A DNA stretch of 32,000 nucleotides from Pseudomonas aeruginosa (lineage in GTDB: Bacteria; Pseudomonadota; Gammaproteobacteria; Pseudomonadales; Pseudomonadaceae): the NCBI RefSeq assembly GCF_001457615.1, contig NZ_LN831024.1:3840001-3872000 (forward strand). Reading direction: 5' to 3'. The notes under the pieces are model-generated. The model saw only the letters and a program-made list of their open reading frames with translations, made no database searches and had not been told where the DNA came from. Position 1 is the stretch's first letter, and every line of letters starts with the position of its first letter. The translations under genes and the position numbers were made by a program. Shown one piece after another: positions 11,012 to 20,408 of this stretch.

Positions 11012-11063
11012 TGACCTACAGGTCAAAAAATTATTTGACTCAAAAGTCAGTTTTTTCTAGATT
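11012..11063 (+). promoter_or_regulatory. putative xdhA promoter (TTGACT-N17-TAGATT) with two TGAC-N6-GTCA palindromes
   Basis: The -35 TTGACT is at 11035-11040 and the -10 TAGATT at 11058-11063. TGACCTACAGGTCA (11012-11025) lies upstream. TGACTCAAAAGTCA (11036-11049) overlaps the -35 and the spacer. Confidence 0.45.
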
Positions 11064-11171
11064 CGCCTCCATAGCTCCTACCGTGGAGCCCTGTGCGGAA
11101 ACCGCCCCACTCCGGCCGGTTCTCCTGCAAGGCCTAGAATTCAATAACAAGAACCCGCCTGGAGGCACGCC

Positions 11172-12626
11172 TTGATCAGGTTCCTGCTCAACCGGGAGAT
11201 CCGCGTCGAAGAACGCCTGGACCCCAACCTCACCGTCCTCGACTACCTGCGCCGGCACCTCGGCAAGACCGGCACCAAGGAAGGCTGCGCCTCCGGCGAT
11301 TGCGGCGCCTGCACCGTGGTGGTCGGCGAACTGGTCACCGGCGAGGATGGTGCCGAACGCATCCGCTATCGCAGCCTGAACTCCTGCCTGACCTTCGTTT
11401 CCGCCCTTCACGGCAAGCAATTGATCACCGTCGAGGACCTCAAGCACCAGGACCGCCTGCACGACGTGCAGCAGGCGATGGTCGACTGCCATGGCTCGCA
11501 GTGCGGGTTCTGCACGCCGGGTTTCGTCATGTCGCTGTTCGCCCTGCAGAAGAACAGCGCCGGCGCCGATCCGGCCAAGGCCCACGAGGCGCTCGCCGGC
11601 AACCTCTGCCGCTGCACCGGCTACCGGCCGATCCTCGACGCCGCCGAGCAGGCCTGCTGCCACAAGCGCGCAGACCAGTTCGACGCCCGGGAAGCCGCCA
11701 CCATCGAGCAATTGCGCGCCATCGCTCCGCGCGAAACCGCCGAGCTGAACAGCGGTGACCGGCGCTGCCTGCTGCCGCTCACCGTCGCCGACCTGGCCGA
11801 CCTCTACGGCGCCAATCCGCAGGCACGCCTGCTGGCCGGCGGCACCGACCTGGCGCTGGAGGTCACCCAGTTCCATCGCGAACTGCCGGTGATGATCTAT
11901 GTCGGCCACATCCGCGAAATGAAACGCATCGAAGTGGGCGCCAACTGCCTGGAAATCGGCGCCGCCACCCCGCTGACCGACTGCTACCAGGCGCTGGCCG
12001 CGGACTACCCGGACTTCGGCGAGTTGCTGCAGCGTTTCGCGTCCCTGCAGATCCGCAACCAGGGCACTCTCGGCGGCAATATCGGCAACGCCTCGCCGAT
12101 CGGCGACGCCCCGCCGCTGCTGATCGCCCTCGGCGCGAAGATCGTCCTGCGCCGCGGCGAACGGCGCCGCGAGCTGCCGCTGGAGGAGTACTTCCTCGAC
12201 TACAAGGTCACCGCCCGCGAAGAAGGCGAGTTCATCGAGAAGATCCTGGTCCCGCGTGCCCGGCCCAGCCAGGCGTTCAAGGCCTACAAGGTCTCCAAGC
12301 GCATCGACGACGATATTTCCGCGGTCTGCGCCGCCATCAGCCTCGACCTGGAAGATGGCCGGATCGCCCGCGCCAGGGTCGCCTTCGGCGGCATGGCGGC
12401 GATTCCCAAGCGCGCCGCCGCCTGCGAAGCGACGCTGCAAGGCGCGCGCCTGGAAGCCGCCAGCTTCGAACGCGCCGCGGCCGCCCTGGCGAACGACTTC
12501 ACCCCGCTCAGCGACTTCCGCGCGAGCAAGGAATATCGCCTGCTGACCGCGCAGAACCTGCTGCGCAAATGCTTCCTGGAGCTGCACGCTCCCGCCGTCG
12601 AAACCCGGGTGACCGCCTATGTCTAA
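11172..12626 (+). CDS. xdhA: xanthine dehydrogenase small subunit ([2Fe-2S] and FAD-binding domains)
   Basis: TTG start with GGAGG at 11161-11165. Ferredoxin-type CASGDCGACTV and the second cluster CHGSQCGFCTPG are followed by an FAD-binding domain (LLAGGTDL). Confidence 0.93.
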   Translation: MIRFLLNREIRVEERLDPNLTVLDYLRRHLGKTGTKEGCASGDCGACTVVVGELVTGEDGAERIRYRSLNSCLTFVSALHGKQLITVEDLKHQDRLHDVQQAMVDCHGSQCGFCTPGFVMSLFALQKNSAGADPAKAHEALAGNLCRCTGYRPILDAAEQACCHKRADQFDAREAATIEQLRAIAPRETAELNSGDRRCLLPLTVADLADLYGANPQARLLAGGTDLALEVTQFHRELPVMIYVGHIREMKRIEVGANCLEIGAATPLTDCYQALAADYPDFGELLQRFASLQIRNQGTLGGNIGNASPIGDAPPLLIALGAKIVLRRGERRRELPLEEYFLDYKVTAREEGEFIEKILVPRARPSQAFKAYKVSKRIDDDISAVCAAISLDLEDGRIARARVAFGGMAAIPKRAAACEATLQGARLEAASFERAAAALANDFTPLSDFRASKEYRLLTAQNLLRKCFLELHAPAVETRVTAYV

Positions 12627-15018
12627 CCATCGCAAGCCGCACAAGAGCCAGGAAGAGCTGGCCGACCTGTTCCGCGCCGAGCTGACCACCGGAGTCGGCC
12701 GCAGCGTCAAGCACGAAAGCGCCCCCAAGCACGTCAGCGGCGAGGCGATCTACATCGACGATCGCCTGGAGTTTCCCAACCAGTTGCACGTCTATGCGCG
12801 CCTGAGCGAGCGCGCCCACGCCCGCATCACCCGCCTCGACGTGACGCCCTGCTACCAGTTCCCCGGCGTCGCCATCGCCCTCACCGCCGCCGACGTTCCC
12901 GGCCAGCTCGACATCGGCCCGGTGGTGGCCGGCGACCCGCTGCTGGCCGATGGCAAGGTGGAGTATGTCGGACAGATGGTCCTGGCGGTCGCCGCCGACA
13001 GCCTGGAAACCGCGCGCAAGGCGGCCATGGCGGCGATCGTCGAGTACGAAGACCTGGAGCCGGTGCTCGACGTGGTCGAGGCCCTGCGCAAGCGCCATTT
13101 CGTCCTCGACAGCCACCAGCACCGCATCGGCGATTCCGCCGCCGCGCTGGCCGGCGCGCCGCATCGCCTGCAAGGCACGCTGCACATCGGCGGCCAGGAG
13201 CATTTCTACCTGGAGACGCAGATTTCCTCGGTAATGCCCAGCGAAGACGGCGGCATGATCGTCTATTGCTCGACCCAGAACCCCACCGAAGTGCAGAAGC
13301 TGGTGGCCGAGGTCCTCGGGGTTTCCTTCAACCGCATCGTCATCGACATGCGCCGCATGGGCGGCGGCTTCGGCGGCAAGGAAACCCAGGCCGCGGCGCC
13401 GGCCTGCCTGTGCGCGGTGGTCGCCTACCACACCGGGCGTCCGGCGAAGATGCGCCTGCCGCGCATGGAGGACATGCAGATCACCGGCAAGCGTCACCCG
13501 TTCTACGTCGAATACGACGTCGGCTTCGACGACGATGGCCGCCTGCACGGCATCCAGATCGACCTGGCCGGCAATTGCGGCTATTCGCCGGACCTCTCCG
13601 GCTCGATCGTCGACCGCGCCATGTTCCACTCGGACAACGCCTACTTCCTCGGCAACGCCACCATCAACGGCCACCGTTGCAAGACCAACACCGCCTCGAA
13701 CACCGCCTACCGCGGTTTCGGCGGGCCCCAGGGAATGGTCGCCATCGAGGAGATCATGGACGCCGTGGCCCGCAGCCTGGGCAAGGACCCGCTGGAGGTG
13801 CGCAAGCTCAACTACTACGGCAAGAACGAGCGCAACGTCACCCATTACCACCAGACCGTCGAGCACAACCTGTTGGCGGAGATGACCGCCGAGCTGGAAG
13901 CGAGCAGCGAGTACGCCCGCCGCCGCGAGGAAATCCGTGCCTTCAATGCCGCCAGCCCGGTCCTGAAGAAAGGCCTGGCGCTGACCCCGGTGAAGTTCGG
14001 CATTTCGTTCACCGCGACCTTCCTCAACCAGGCAGGTGCGCTGATCCACATCTATACCGACGGCAGCATCCACCTGAACCATGGCGGCACCGAGATGGGC
14101 CAGGGCCTCAATACCAAGGTCGCCCAGGTGGTCGCCGAGGTCTTCCAGGTCGACGTGGAGCGCATCCAGATCACCGCCACCAATACCGACAAGGTACCCA
14201 ATACCTCCCCCACCGCCGCCTCCTCGGGCACCGACCTGAACGGCAAGGCCGCGCAGAATGCCGCCGAAACCATCAAGCGGCGCCTGGTGGAGTTCGCCGC
14301 ACGGCACTGGAAGGTCAGCGAGGAAGACGTCGAGTTCCGCAACAACCAGGTGCGTATCCGCGAGCTGATCCTGCCGTTCGAGGAACTGGTCCAGCAGGCC
14401 TACTTCGGCCAGGTTTCGTTGTCCAGCACCGGCTTCTACCGCACGCCGAAGATCTTCTACGACCGCGAGCAGGCCCGTGGCCGGCCCTTCTATTATTTTG
14501 CCTACGGCGCCGCCTGCTCGGAGGTGATAGTCGATACCCTCACCGGCGAATACCGCATGCTGCGCACCGACATCCTGCATGACGTCGGCGACTCGCTGAA
14601 CCCGGCCATCGACATCGGCCAGGTCGAAGGCGGCTTCGTCCAGGGCATGGGCTGGCTGACCATGGAGGAACTGGTCTGGAACGCCAAGGGCAAGCTGATG
14701 ACCAGCGGCCCGGCCAGCTACAAGATTCCCGCCGTCGCCGACATGCCGCTGGACCTGCGGGTGAAACTGCTGGAGAACCGCAAGAATCCGGAGCAGACCG
14801 TGTTCCATTCCAAGGCCGTGGGCGAGCCGCCGTTCATGCTCGGCATCTCGGTCTGGTGCGCGATCAAGGACGCCGTGGCCAGCCTCGCCGACTACCGCGC
14901 GCAACCCGCCATCGACGCGCCGGCGACGCCCGAGCGGGTGCTCTGGGGCGTGGAACAGATGCGCCGGCTGAAGGCCGCCCAGGCGCAAGCGGCGGACGCC
15001 GCGGTCGAACCGGCCTGA
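12619..15018 (+). CDS. xdhB: xanthine dehydrogenase molybdopterin-binding large subunit
   Basis: 799 aa with GGGFGGKE, YRGFGGPQG and HGGTEMGQG motifs. The start overlaps the xdhA stop by 8 nt (ATGTCTAA), which suggests translational coupling. Confidence 0.95.
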   Translation: MSNHRKPHKSQEELADLFRAELTTGVGRSVKHESAPKHVSGEAIYIDDRLEFPNQLHVYARLSERAHARITRLDVTPCYQFPGVAIALTAADVPGQLDIGPVVAGDPLLADGKVEYVGQMVLAVAADSLETARKAAMAAIVEYEDLEPVLDVVEALRKRHFVLDSHQHRIGDSAAALAGAPHRLQGTLHIGGQEHFYLETQISSVMPSEDGGMIVYCSTQNPTEVQKLVAEVLGVSFNRIVIDMRRMGGGFGGKETQAAAPACLCAVVAYHTGRPAKMRLPRMEDMQITGKRHPFYVEYDVGFDDDGRLHGIQIDLAGNCGYSPDLSGSIVDRAMFHSDNAYFLGNATINGHRCKTNTASNTAYRGFGGPQGMVAIEEIMDAVARSLGKDPLEVRKLNYYGKNERNVTHYHQTVEHNLLAEMTAELEASSEYARRREEIRAFNAASPVLKKGLALTPVKFGISFTATFLNQAGALIHIYTDGSIHLNHGGTEMGQGLNTKVAQVVAEVFQVDVERIQITATNTDKVPNTSPTAASSGTDLNGKAAQNAAETIKRRLVEFAARHWKVSEEDVEFRNNQVRIRELILPFEELVQQAYFGQVSLSSTGFYRTPKIFYDREQARGRPFYYFAYGAACSEVIVDTLTGEYRMLRTDILHDVGDSLNPAIDIGQVEGGFVQGMGWLTMEELVWNAKGKLMTSGPASYKIPAVADMPLDLRVKLLENRKNPEQTVFHSKAVGEPPFMLGISVWCAIKDAVASLADYRAQPAIDAPATPERVLWGVEQMRRLKAAQAQAADAAVEPA

Positions 15019-15044
15019 ACCGCCGCGATCGGGAGGATGACGAG

Positions 15045-15884
15045 ATGAACTGGATCAGCGCCCTGGCCGAGTTGCAGCGTAGCGGCGAACCTTGCGTCCT
15101 GGTGACCATCATCGAGGAACGCGGCTCGACCCCGCGCAACGCCGGCTCGAAGATGGTGGTCAGCGCCGAGCGGCTCTACGACACCATCGGCGGCGGCCAC
15201 CTGGAATACAGGGCCCAGGCCATTGCCCGGGAAATGCTCGCCGCGCGGACCCAGGACACCCGCCTGGAGCGCTTCAGCCTGGGCGCCAGTCTCGGCCAGT
15301 GCTGCGGCGGCGCCACGGTGCTGCTGTTCGAGCCGATGGGCCAGCCGCAGGCACACATCGCCGTGTTCGGCGCGGGCCACGTCGGTCGCGCCCTGGTACC
15401 CTTGCTCGCCAGCCTGCCCTGCCGGGTGCGCTGGATCGATTCGCGGGAACACGAATTTCCCGCGCTCCTGCCCGACGGCGTGGAGAAAGTGGTGAACGAC
15501 GAAGTGCTCGACGAGGTCGAGCGGATGCCGCCCGGCAGCCACTTCATCGTCATGACCCACAATCACCCGCTGGACCTGGAGCTTACCGCGGCGATCCTGG
15601 CGCGCAACGACTTCGCCTACTTCGGCCTGATCGGCTCGAAGACCAAGCGCGTCAAGTTCGAGCACCGCCTGCGCGAACGTGGCGTCGACGCCGAACGCCT
15701 GCAACGGATGCGCTGCCCGATGGGCCTGGAGCAGGTGAAAGGCAAGCTGCCGGCGGAGATCGCCATCTCCATCGCCGGCGAGGTGATCGCCACCTACAAC
15801 GCCGCCTTCGGCCTGGAACGCAAGCAGGGGCCGTCGAGCGTCACCCGGCTGACCCCGGAGTCGCGCCGCGCCCACGAATCCTGA
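15045..15884 (+). CDS. xdhC: xanthine dehydrogenase accessory/maturation factor XdhC
   Basis: Track ORF 14856..15884 trimmed to the ATG at 15045, preceded by GGGAGGA. It has an XdhC/CoxI-type N-domain (GASLGQCCGG) and a Rossmann-like VFGAGHVGRAL. Confidence 0.9.
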   Translation: MNWISALAELQRSGEPCVLVTIIEERGSTPRNAGSKMVVSAERLYDTIGGGHLEYRAQAIAREMLAARTQDTRLERFSLGASLGQCCGGATVLLFEPMGQPQAHIAVFGAGHVGRALVPLLASLPCRVRWIDSREHEFPALLPDGVEKVVNDEVLDEVERMPPGSHFIVMTHNHPLDLELTAAILARNDFAYFGLIGSKTKRVKFEHRLRERGVDAERLQRMRCPMGLEQVKGKLPAEIAISIAGEVIATYNAAFGLERKQGPSSVTRLTPESRRAHES

Positions 15885-15952
15885 GCGGCCCCCGCTCCCC
15901 CGCGTCCGCCGCCAGGCGGCGGACCTCCCACGAACCTTTTTTCGAGACTGCC

Positions 15953-17257
15953 ATGACCCGCAACGCCAAAGCCTACCGCGCCGCCATCCTGCACAGCATC
16001 GCCGACCCCGCGGAGGTCGGCGTCGAACGCTCCTACGAATACTTCGAGGACGGCCTGTTGCTGGTGGAGGACGGCAAGGTCGCTCGCCTCGGTGACGCCG
16101 AAACCCTGCTCGGCGAGATCGGCGAGGTCGAGGTCTTCGAGTACCGCGACGCGCTGATCACCCCCGGCTTCATCGATACCCACATCCATTTCCCGCAGAC
16201 CGGGATGATCGCCTCCTACGGCGAACAACTGCTGGACTGGCTGAACACCTATACCTTCCCCACCGAGCGCCAATTCGGCGACCAGGCCCATGCCGACCAG
16301 GTCGCCGAGATCTTCCTGCAGGAACTGCTGCGCAACGGCACCACCACCGCGCTGGTCTTCGGCAGCGTGCACCGGCAATCGGTGGAATCGCTGTTCGAGG
16401 CCGCCCGGCGCCTGGACCTGCGCCTGATCGCCGGCAAGGTGATGATGGACCGCAACGCGCCGGACTACCTGACCGACACCGCCGAGAGCAGCTACCGCGA
16501 CAGCAAGGCGCTGATCGAGCGCTGGCACGGCCAGGGCCGTCTGCTCTACGCGGTGACCCCGCGCTTCGCCCCGACCAGCACCGCGGAACAGCTGGACATG
16601 GCGGCGCGGCTGCTGCGCGAGCATCCCGGCGTATACCTGCACACCCATCTGTCGGAGAACCTCAAGGAAATCGAGTGGGTGAAGGAGCTGTTCCCCGAGC
16701 GCAGCGGCTACCTGGACGTCTACGACCACCACGGCCTGCTCGGGCCGCGCTCGGTGTTCGCCCATGGCGTGCACCTGTGCGACGGCGAATGCCAGCGCCT
16801 GGCGGAGACTGGCTCGGCGGTGGCGTTCTGCCCGACCTCCAACCTGTTCCTCGGCAGCGGTCTGTTCGACCTGCCGAAGCTGGAGCGCTACAAGGTCAAG
16901 GTCGGCCTCGGCACCGATGTCGGCGCCGGCACCAGCTTCTCCCAGCTGCAGTCCCTGAACGAGGCGTACAAGGTCATGCAGTTGCAGGGCGCCCGCCTCG
17001 ATCCGTTCAAGTCGCTCTACCTCGCCACCCTCGGCGGCGCCCGTGCGCTGGAGCTGGACGACCGGATCGGCAGCTTCGCCACCGGCAACGAGGCGGACTT
17101 CGTGGTCCTCGACTACCACGCCACCCCGCTGCTCTCCTACCGCCTGAGCCAGGCCGGCAGCCTGGCCGAACGGCTGTTCGCGCTGACCATCCTCGGCGAC
17201 GACCGCACGGTGAAGGAAACCTTCGCCGCCGGTCGCTCGGTGCATCGCCGCGACTGA
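15953..17257 (+). CDS. guaD: guanine deaminase
   Basis: Track ORF 15092..17257 trimmed to the ATG at 15953 (MTRNAKAYRAAILHS). Amidohydrolase motifs PGFIDTHIHFPQ, HLSEN, FAHGVHL and GLGTDVGAG are typical of guanine deaminases. Confidence 0.92.
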   Translation: MTRNAKAYRAAILHSIADPAEVGVERSYEYFEDGLLLVEDGKVARLGDAETLLGEIGEVEVFEYRDALITPGFIDTHIHFPQTGMIASYGEQLLDWLNTYTFPTERQFGDQAHADQVAEIFLQELLRNGTTTALVFGSVHRQSVESLFEAARRLDLRLIAGKVMMDRNAPDYLTDTAESSYRDSKALIERWHGQGRLLYAVTPRFAPTSTAEQLDMAARLLREHPGVYLHTHLSENLKEIEWVKELFPERSGYLDVYDHHGLLGPRSVFAHGVHLCDGECQRLAETGSAVAFCPTSNLFLGSGLFDLPKLERYKVKVGLGTDVGAGTSFSQLQSLNEAYKVMQLQGARLDPFKSLYLATLGGARALELDDRIGSFATGNEADFVVLDYHATPLLSYRLSQAGSLAERLFALTILGDDRTVKETFAAGRSVHRRD

Positions 17258-17272
17258 CTCCCGGCGGAAACG

Positions 17273-17298
17273 AAAAAGCCCCGCATCGCGGGGCTTTT
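17273..17298. terminator. bidirectional rho-independent terminator between convergent guaD and the GntR gene
   Basis: AAAAGCCCCGC-ATC-GCGGGGCTTTT, with an A run on one side and a T run on the other. Confidence 0.8.
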
Positions 17299-17310
17299 CA
17301 ATGCTTCGGA

Positions 17311-18090
17311 TCAGGCCGCCGAATCGCTGTCGGCCTTGGCCCGGCGTGGCTTCTTCTTGCCGCCGAGGAGGTGCGAGAACACCGCGTGCAGGTCGCCGGA
17401 AGCGTTGTCGCTCTCCAGGTTGAGCTTGCTGTCGATATGCTCCATGTGGTGCATCATCAGGGTCACCGCGCGCTCCTTGTCGCCCTTCTCGATGGCGTCG
17501 AGGATCTCGTTGTGCTCGTCGAACGAGCAGTGCGAGCGACCGCCGCTTTCGTACTGGGCGATGATCAGCGAGGTCTGCGACACCAGGCTGCGCTGGAAAC
17601 TCACCAGAGGAGCGTTGCGCGCCATCTCGGCGAGCTTCAGGTGGAACTCGCCGGACAGGCGGATGCCGGCGCCCCGGTCGCCACGGGCGAAGCTGGATTG
17701 TTCCTGCACCACCATCTCGCGCAACTCGGCCAGACGCTCGGCGGTGGCGTTGTCGGTGGCCAGTTCGGTGATGGCGCGCTCGACTGTGCGGCGGGCGAAA
17801 AGGATCTGCCGGGCCTCGTCGATGCTCGGGCTGGCGACCACCGCGCCGCGGTTCGGCCGTAACAGCACCACCTGCTCGTGGGCCAGGCGCGAGAGGGCGC
17901 GGCGAATGATGGTGCGGCTGACACCGAATATCTCGCCGAGCGCCTCCTCGCTCAGCTTGGTGCCGGGGGCCAGGCGTTGTTCGAGGATGGCGTCGAAGAT
18001 GTGGGCGTAGACGATCTCGTCCTGGGTACCGCTGCGGGCAGCCTTGCCGGTGCGCGGCGGCTTCCTGATGTGTTGCAACTGATCGGTCAT
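17311..18090 (-). CDS. GntR-family regulator with FCD ligand-binding domain, candidate regulator of the purine-catabolic cluster
   Basis: 259 aa. The wHTH reads LSEEALGEIFGVSRTIIRRALSRLAHEQVV, followed by a helical FCD-type C-terminal domain. The gene is embedded in the cluster and divergent from the purine permease gene. Confidence 0.9.
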   Translation of the reverse strand: MTDQLQHIRKPPRTGKAARSGTQDEIVYAHIFDAILEQRLAPGTKLSEEALGEIFGVSRTIIRRALSRLAHEQVVLLRPNRGAVVASPSIDEARQILFARRTVERAITELATDNATAERLAELREMVVQEQSSFARGDRGAGIRLSGEFHLKLAEMARNAPLVSFQRSLVSQTSLIIAQYESGGRSHCSFDEHNEILDAIEKGDKERAVTLMMHHMEHIDSKLNLESDNASGDLHAVFSHLLGGKKKPRRAKADSDSAA

Positions 18091-18181
18091 CGGTCTCGAA
18101 CCTTGTGCGTCCGGCTTGTGGCCTGGGCTGATCCTCGCTCACGGGCGTGGGTGAGGCACGCCGGCGGCTGGTAGCGAAATA

Positions 18182-18191
18182 GTGTACACAA
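18182..18191. promoter_or_regulatory. degenerate GntR-type box GTGTACACAA upstream of the regulator gene
   Basis: It matches TTGTATACAA at 8 of 10 positions and contains the palindrome GTGTACAC. It lies 92 nt upstream of the regulator ATG (18090). Confidence 0.3.
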
Positions 18192-18308
18192 GCAACGGCA
18201 TCCGACGCACCACCCCTTTCCGCCCCTCGTTCCGAGCGCGCGGCACCGCCCGGAAGGGGGCGTGACGGAAAGCTGATAAAAATGTGGCGAAACACCCTCA
18301 AACATTCT

Positions 18309-18336
18309 TTGACCTTTTTGTATACAAAGGCATAAT
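18309..18336 (+). promoter_or_regulatory. putative sigma-70 promoter of the permease gene with a TTGTATACAA operator in its spacer
   Basis: The -35 TTGACC is at 18309-18314, the spacer is 16 nt, and the -10 CATAAT is at 18331-18336. The perfect 10-bp palindrome TTGTATACAA occupies 18318-18327 inside the spacer. Confidence 0.5.
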
Positions 18337-18352
18337 CGCTCGCACGAGTTCT

Positions 18353-18366
18353 TGACCCAGAGGTCA
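18353..18366. promoter_or_regulatory. palindrome TGACCCAGAGGTCA in the predicted permease leader
   Basis: Perfect 5-4-5 inverted repeat. It belongs to the same family as the two sites at the xdhA promoter. Confidence 0.35.
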
Positions 18367-18464
18367 GAAAATCGTGCCCTCACATCACCTTCGAGCCGCG
18401 TCAGGGACCTGGTAACCAACCGGCCCGCAGGACCTAACAACAAGAGCGATGAGGAGTACCTGCT

Positions 18465-19814
18465 GTGGAAAGCACCAAACAAGAAGAACAAGGGATCTAC
18501 GCTGCGACACCGCCCGCCACCGGCCTGCTCGAACGCCTGTTCAAGCTCCGCCAGCATGGTACGACGGTCAGGACCGAGCTGGCGGCCGGGCTGACCACCT
18601 TCATCACCATGGCCTACATCATCTTCGTCAATCCCAACATCATGGCCGACGCCGGCATCGACCACGGCGCGGCGTTCGTCGCCACGTGCCTGGCGGCCGC
18701 CCTCGGCTGCTTCCTGATGGGCCTGTACGCCAACTGGCCGGTGGGCCTGGCGCCGGGAATGGGACTGAACGCCTTCTTCACCTACACCGTGGTCGGCACC
18801 ATGGGCTACAGCTGGCAGATCGCCCTAGGCGCGGTGTTCATCTCCGGGGTGATGTTCATGCTGCTGACCTTCTCCCGGGTCCGCGAATGGCTGCTCAACA
18901 GCATCCCCCGCAGCCTCAGGTTCGCCATGGGTGCGGGAGTCGGCCTGTTCCTCGGCCTGATCGGCCTGAAGACCGCCGGCATCGTGGTGGCCAGCCCGGC
19001 GACCCTGATCAAGCTCGGCCACCTCACCTCGCCCGGCCCGCTGCTGGCGGCACTGTGCTTCCTGATGATCGCCGTGCTCGAGTACCGCCGGGTGTTCGGC
19101 GGCATCCTCATCAGCATCCTCAGCGTCACCCTGGTCGGCTGGGCCCTCGGCCTGGTGCAGTACGGCGGGGTGTTCTCGGCGCCGCCGAGCCTGGCGCCGA
19201 CCTTCCTGGCGATGGACATCGCCGGCGCGTTCAACGTCACCATGATCAGCGTGATCCTGGCCTTCCTCTTCGTGCACATGTTCGATACCGCCGGCACTCT
19301 CATGGGCGTCGCCCAGCGCGCGCACCTGGTGAAGGAGGACGGACGTATCGAGAACCTGTCGAAGGCGATGAAGGCCGACAGCGCCTCCAGCGTGTTCGGC
19401 GGCATGCTCGGTGTCCCGCCGGTGACCAGTTACGTGGAGAGCGCCGCGGGCGTGGCCGCCGGCGGACGTACCGGGCTCACCGCGGTGGTGGTCGGCGTGC
19501 TGTTCGTCGCCGCGATGTTCTTCGCCCCGCTGGCCGGGATGATCCCCGCCTTCGCCACCGCCGGCGCGCTGATCTACGTGGCCATGCTTATGATGGGCGG
19601 GATGGCGCACATCGACTGGGACGAGCACACCGAGACCATCCCGGCGATCGTCACGGTGATCATGATGCCGCTGACCTTCTCGGTGGCCGACGGTATCGCC
19701 TTGGGCTTCATCACCTACGTCGCGATGAAGGTCCTCACCGGCAAGCACCGCGAAGTCTCGGCCAGCCTCTATGCGTTGTTCGTGATCTTCGTCGCCAAGT
19801 TCATCTTCCTCTGA
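18465..19814 (+). CDS. purine (guanine/hypoxanthine/xanthine-type) permease, AzgA/NCS2 family
   Basis: GTG start with GAGGAG 8 nt upstream. 449 aa and polytopic. The N-terminus LLERLFKLRQHGTTVRTELAAGLTTFITMAYIIFVNP is characteristic of PbuG/GhxP/AdeP-like permeases. Confidence 0.92.
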   Translation: MESTKQEEQGIYAATPPATGLLERLFKLRQHGTTVRTELAAGLTTFITMAYIIFVNPNIMADAGIDHGAAFVATCLAAALGCFLMGLYANWPVGLAPGMGLNAFFTYTVVGTMGYSWQIALGAVFISGVMFMLLTFSRVREWLLNSIPRSLRFAMGAGVGLFLGLIGLKTAGIVVASPATLIKLGHLTSPGPLLAALCFLMIAVLEYRRVFGGILISILSVTLVGWALGLVQYGGVFSAPPSLAPTFLAMDIAGAFNVTMISVILAFLFVHMFDTAGTLMGVAQRAHLVKEDGRIENLSKAMKADSASSVFGGMLGVPPVTSYVESAAGVAAGGRTGLTAVVVGVLFVAAMFFAPLAGMIPAFATAGALIYVAMLMMGGMAHIDWDEHTETIPAIVTVIMMPLTFSVADGIALGFITYVAMKVLTGKHREVSASLYALFVIFVAKFIFL

Positions 19815-19825
19815 CCCGCCCGGAT

Positions 19826-19853
19826 GGCGGATGGCCGCACGCGGCTATCCGCC
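19826..19853 (+). terminator. strong GC-rich hairpin after the permease gene (no U tract)
   Basis: GGCGGATGGCCG-CACG-CGGCTATCCGCC is a 12-bp stem with one mismatch, 12 nt after the stop. No T run follows, so its function as a terminator or stabiliser is uncertain. Confidence 0.35.
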
Positions 19854-19985
19854 TCGAACCTGTCGTTGCCCCGCAGGGCTCGCGACGCGCAGCTTCATCC
19901 CCCGCCCATTCGTACCCTGCGCCGCATTTCCCTTCCTGCCCACGAGTGGCGGATAACCGGCAACCCTCGGCGCACTCCCCGCGAA

Positions 19986-20013
19986 CGAAAAAAAGCCCGC
20001 TCGATGGCGGGCC
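19986..20013 (-). terminator. rho-independent terminator of hiuH
   Basis: The minus strand reads GCCCGC-CAUCGA-GCGGGC followed by UUUUUUU, 42 nt after the hiuH stop. Confidence 0.7.
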
Positions 20014-20054
20014 AGGGAAAAGGACTCGGAGAGTCAGTGTTTCGTGGCACGCAC

Positions 20055-20408
20055 CTAGCTGCCGCGATAGGTCGAATAGCTGTAGGGCGAGATCAGCAGC
20101 GGCACGTGGTAGTGATCGTCGGCGGAGGCGATGCCGAAACGCAGCACCACCTGGTCGAGGAAGGCCGGCTCCGGCAATTGCACGCCGCGGGCGCGATAGT
20201 AGTCGCCGGCGTTGAACACCAGTTGATAGACCCCGGGACGGAAGTCCTCGCCTTGCAGCACCGGCTGGTCGCAGCGGCCGTCGTGGTTGGTCAGGGTGGT
20301 GGCGATCAGTTCCAGTTGCTGGCCTTCTACCCGGTACAGCTCGATCTTGATGCCATGGCCGGGGCAGCCATGTGCGGAATCCAGTACATGCGTGGTCAAA
20401 CGTCCCAT
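20055..20408 (-). CDS. hiuH: 5-hydroxyisourate hydrolase (transthyretin-like protein)
   Basis: Track ORF 20055..20642 trimmed to MGRLTTHVLDSAHG (117 aa). It has the transthyretin-like fold motifs and the C-terminal YRGS tetrapeptide diagnostic of HIU hydrolases. An alternative GTG start about 27 nt upstream is possible. Confidence 0.88.
   Translation of the reverse strand: MGRLTTHVLDSAHGCPGHGIKIELYRVEGQQLELIATTLTNHDGRCDQPVLQGEDFRPGVYQLVFNAGDYYRARGVQLPEPAFLDQVVLRFGIASADDHYHVPLLISPYSYSTYRGS

Noticed and set aside
9791-11026. 411-aa ORF antisense to alkB2
   Set aside because: The plus strand carries all four AlkB histidine boxes. The antisense ORF runs through the alkB2 terminator and has no recognisable features.
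12508-14988. 826-aa ORF antisense to xdhB, and 11040..12728 (562 aa) antisense to xdhA
   Set aside because: Same high-GC artefact. The plus-strand frames carry complete xanthine dehydrogenase motifs. The antisense products are G/A/D/V/L-rich with no domains I recognise.
15904-15924. Hairpin GTCCGCCG-CCAGG-CGGCGGAC between xdhC and guaD as an intrinsic terminator
   Set aside because: The T run (15935-15941) begins 11 nt after the stem, which is too far for a canonical intrinsic terminator. xdhC and guaD are probably co-transcribed, and the hairpin may only affect mRNA stability.
15794-18301. 835-aa minus-strand ORF spanning guaD and the GntR gene
   Set aside because: Only the final 259 codons (17311..18090) form a coherent GntR/FCD protein with its own ATG. 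The upstream part runs antisense through guaD and across a bidirectional terminator.
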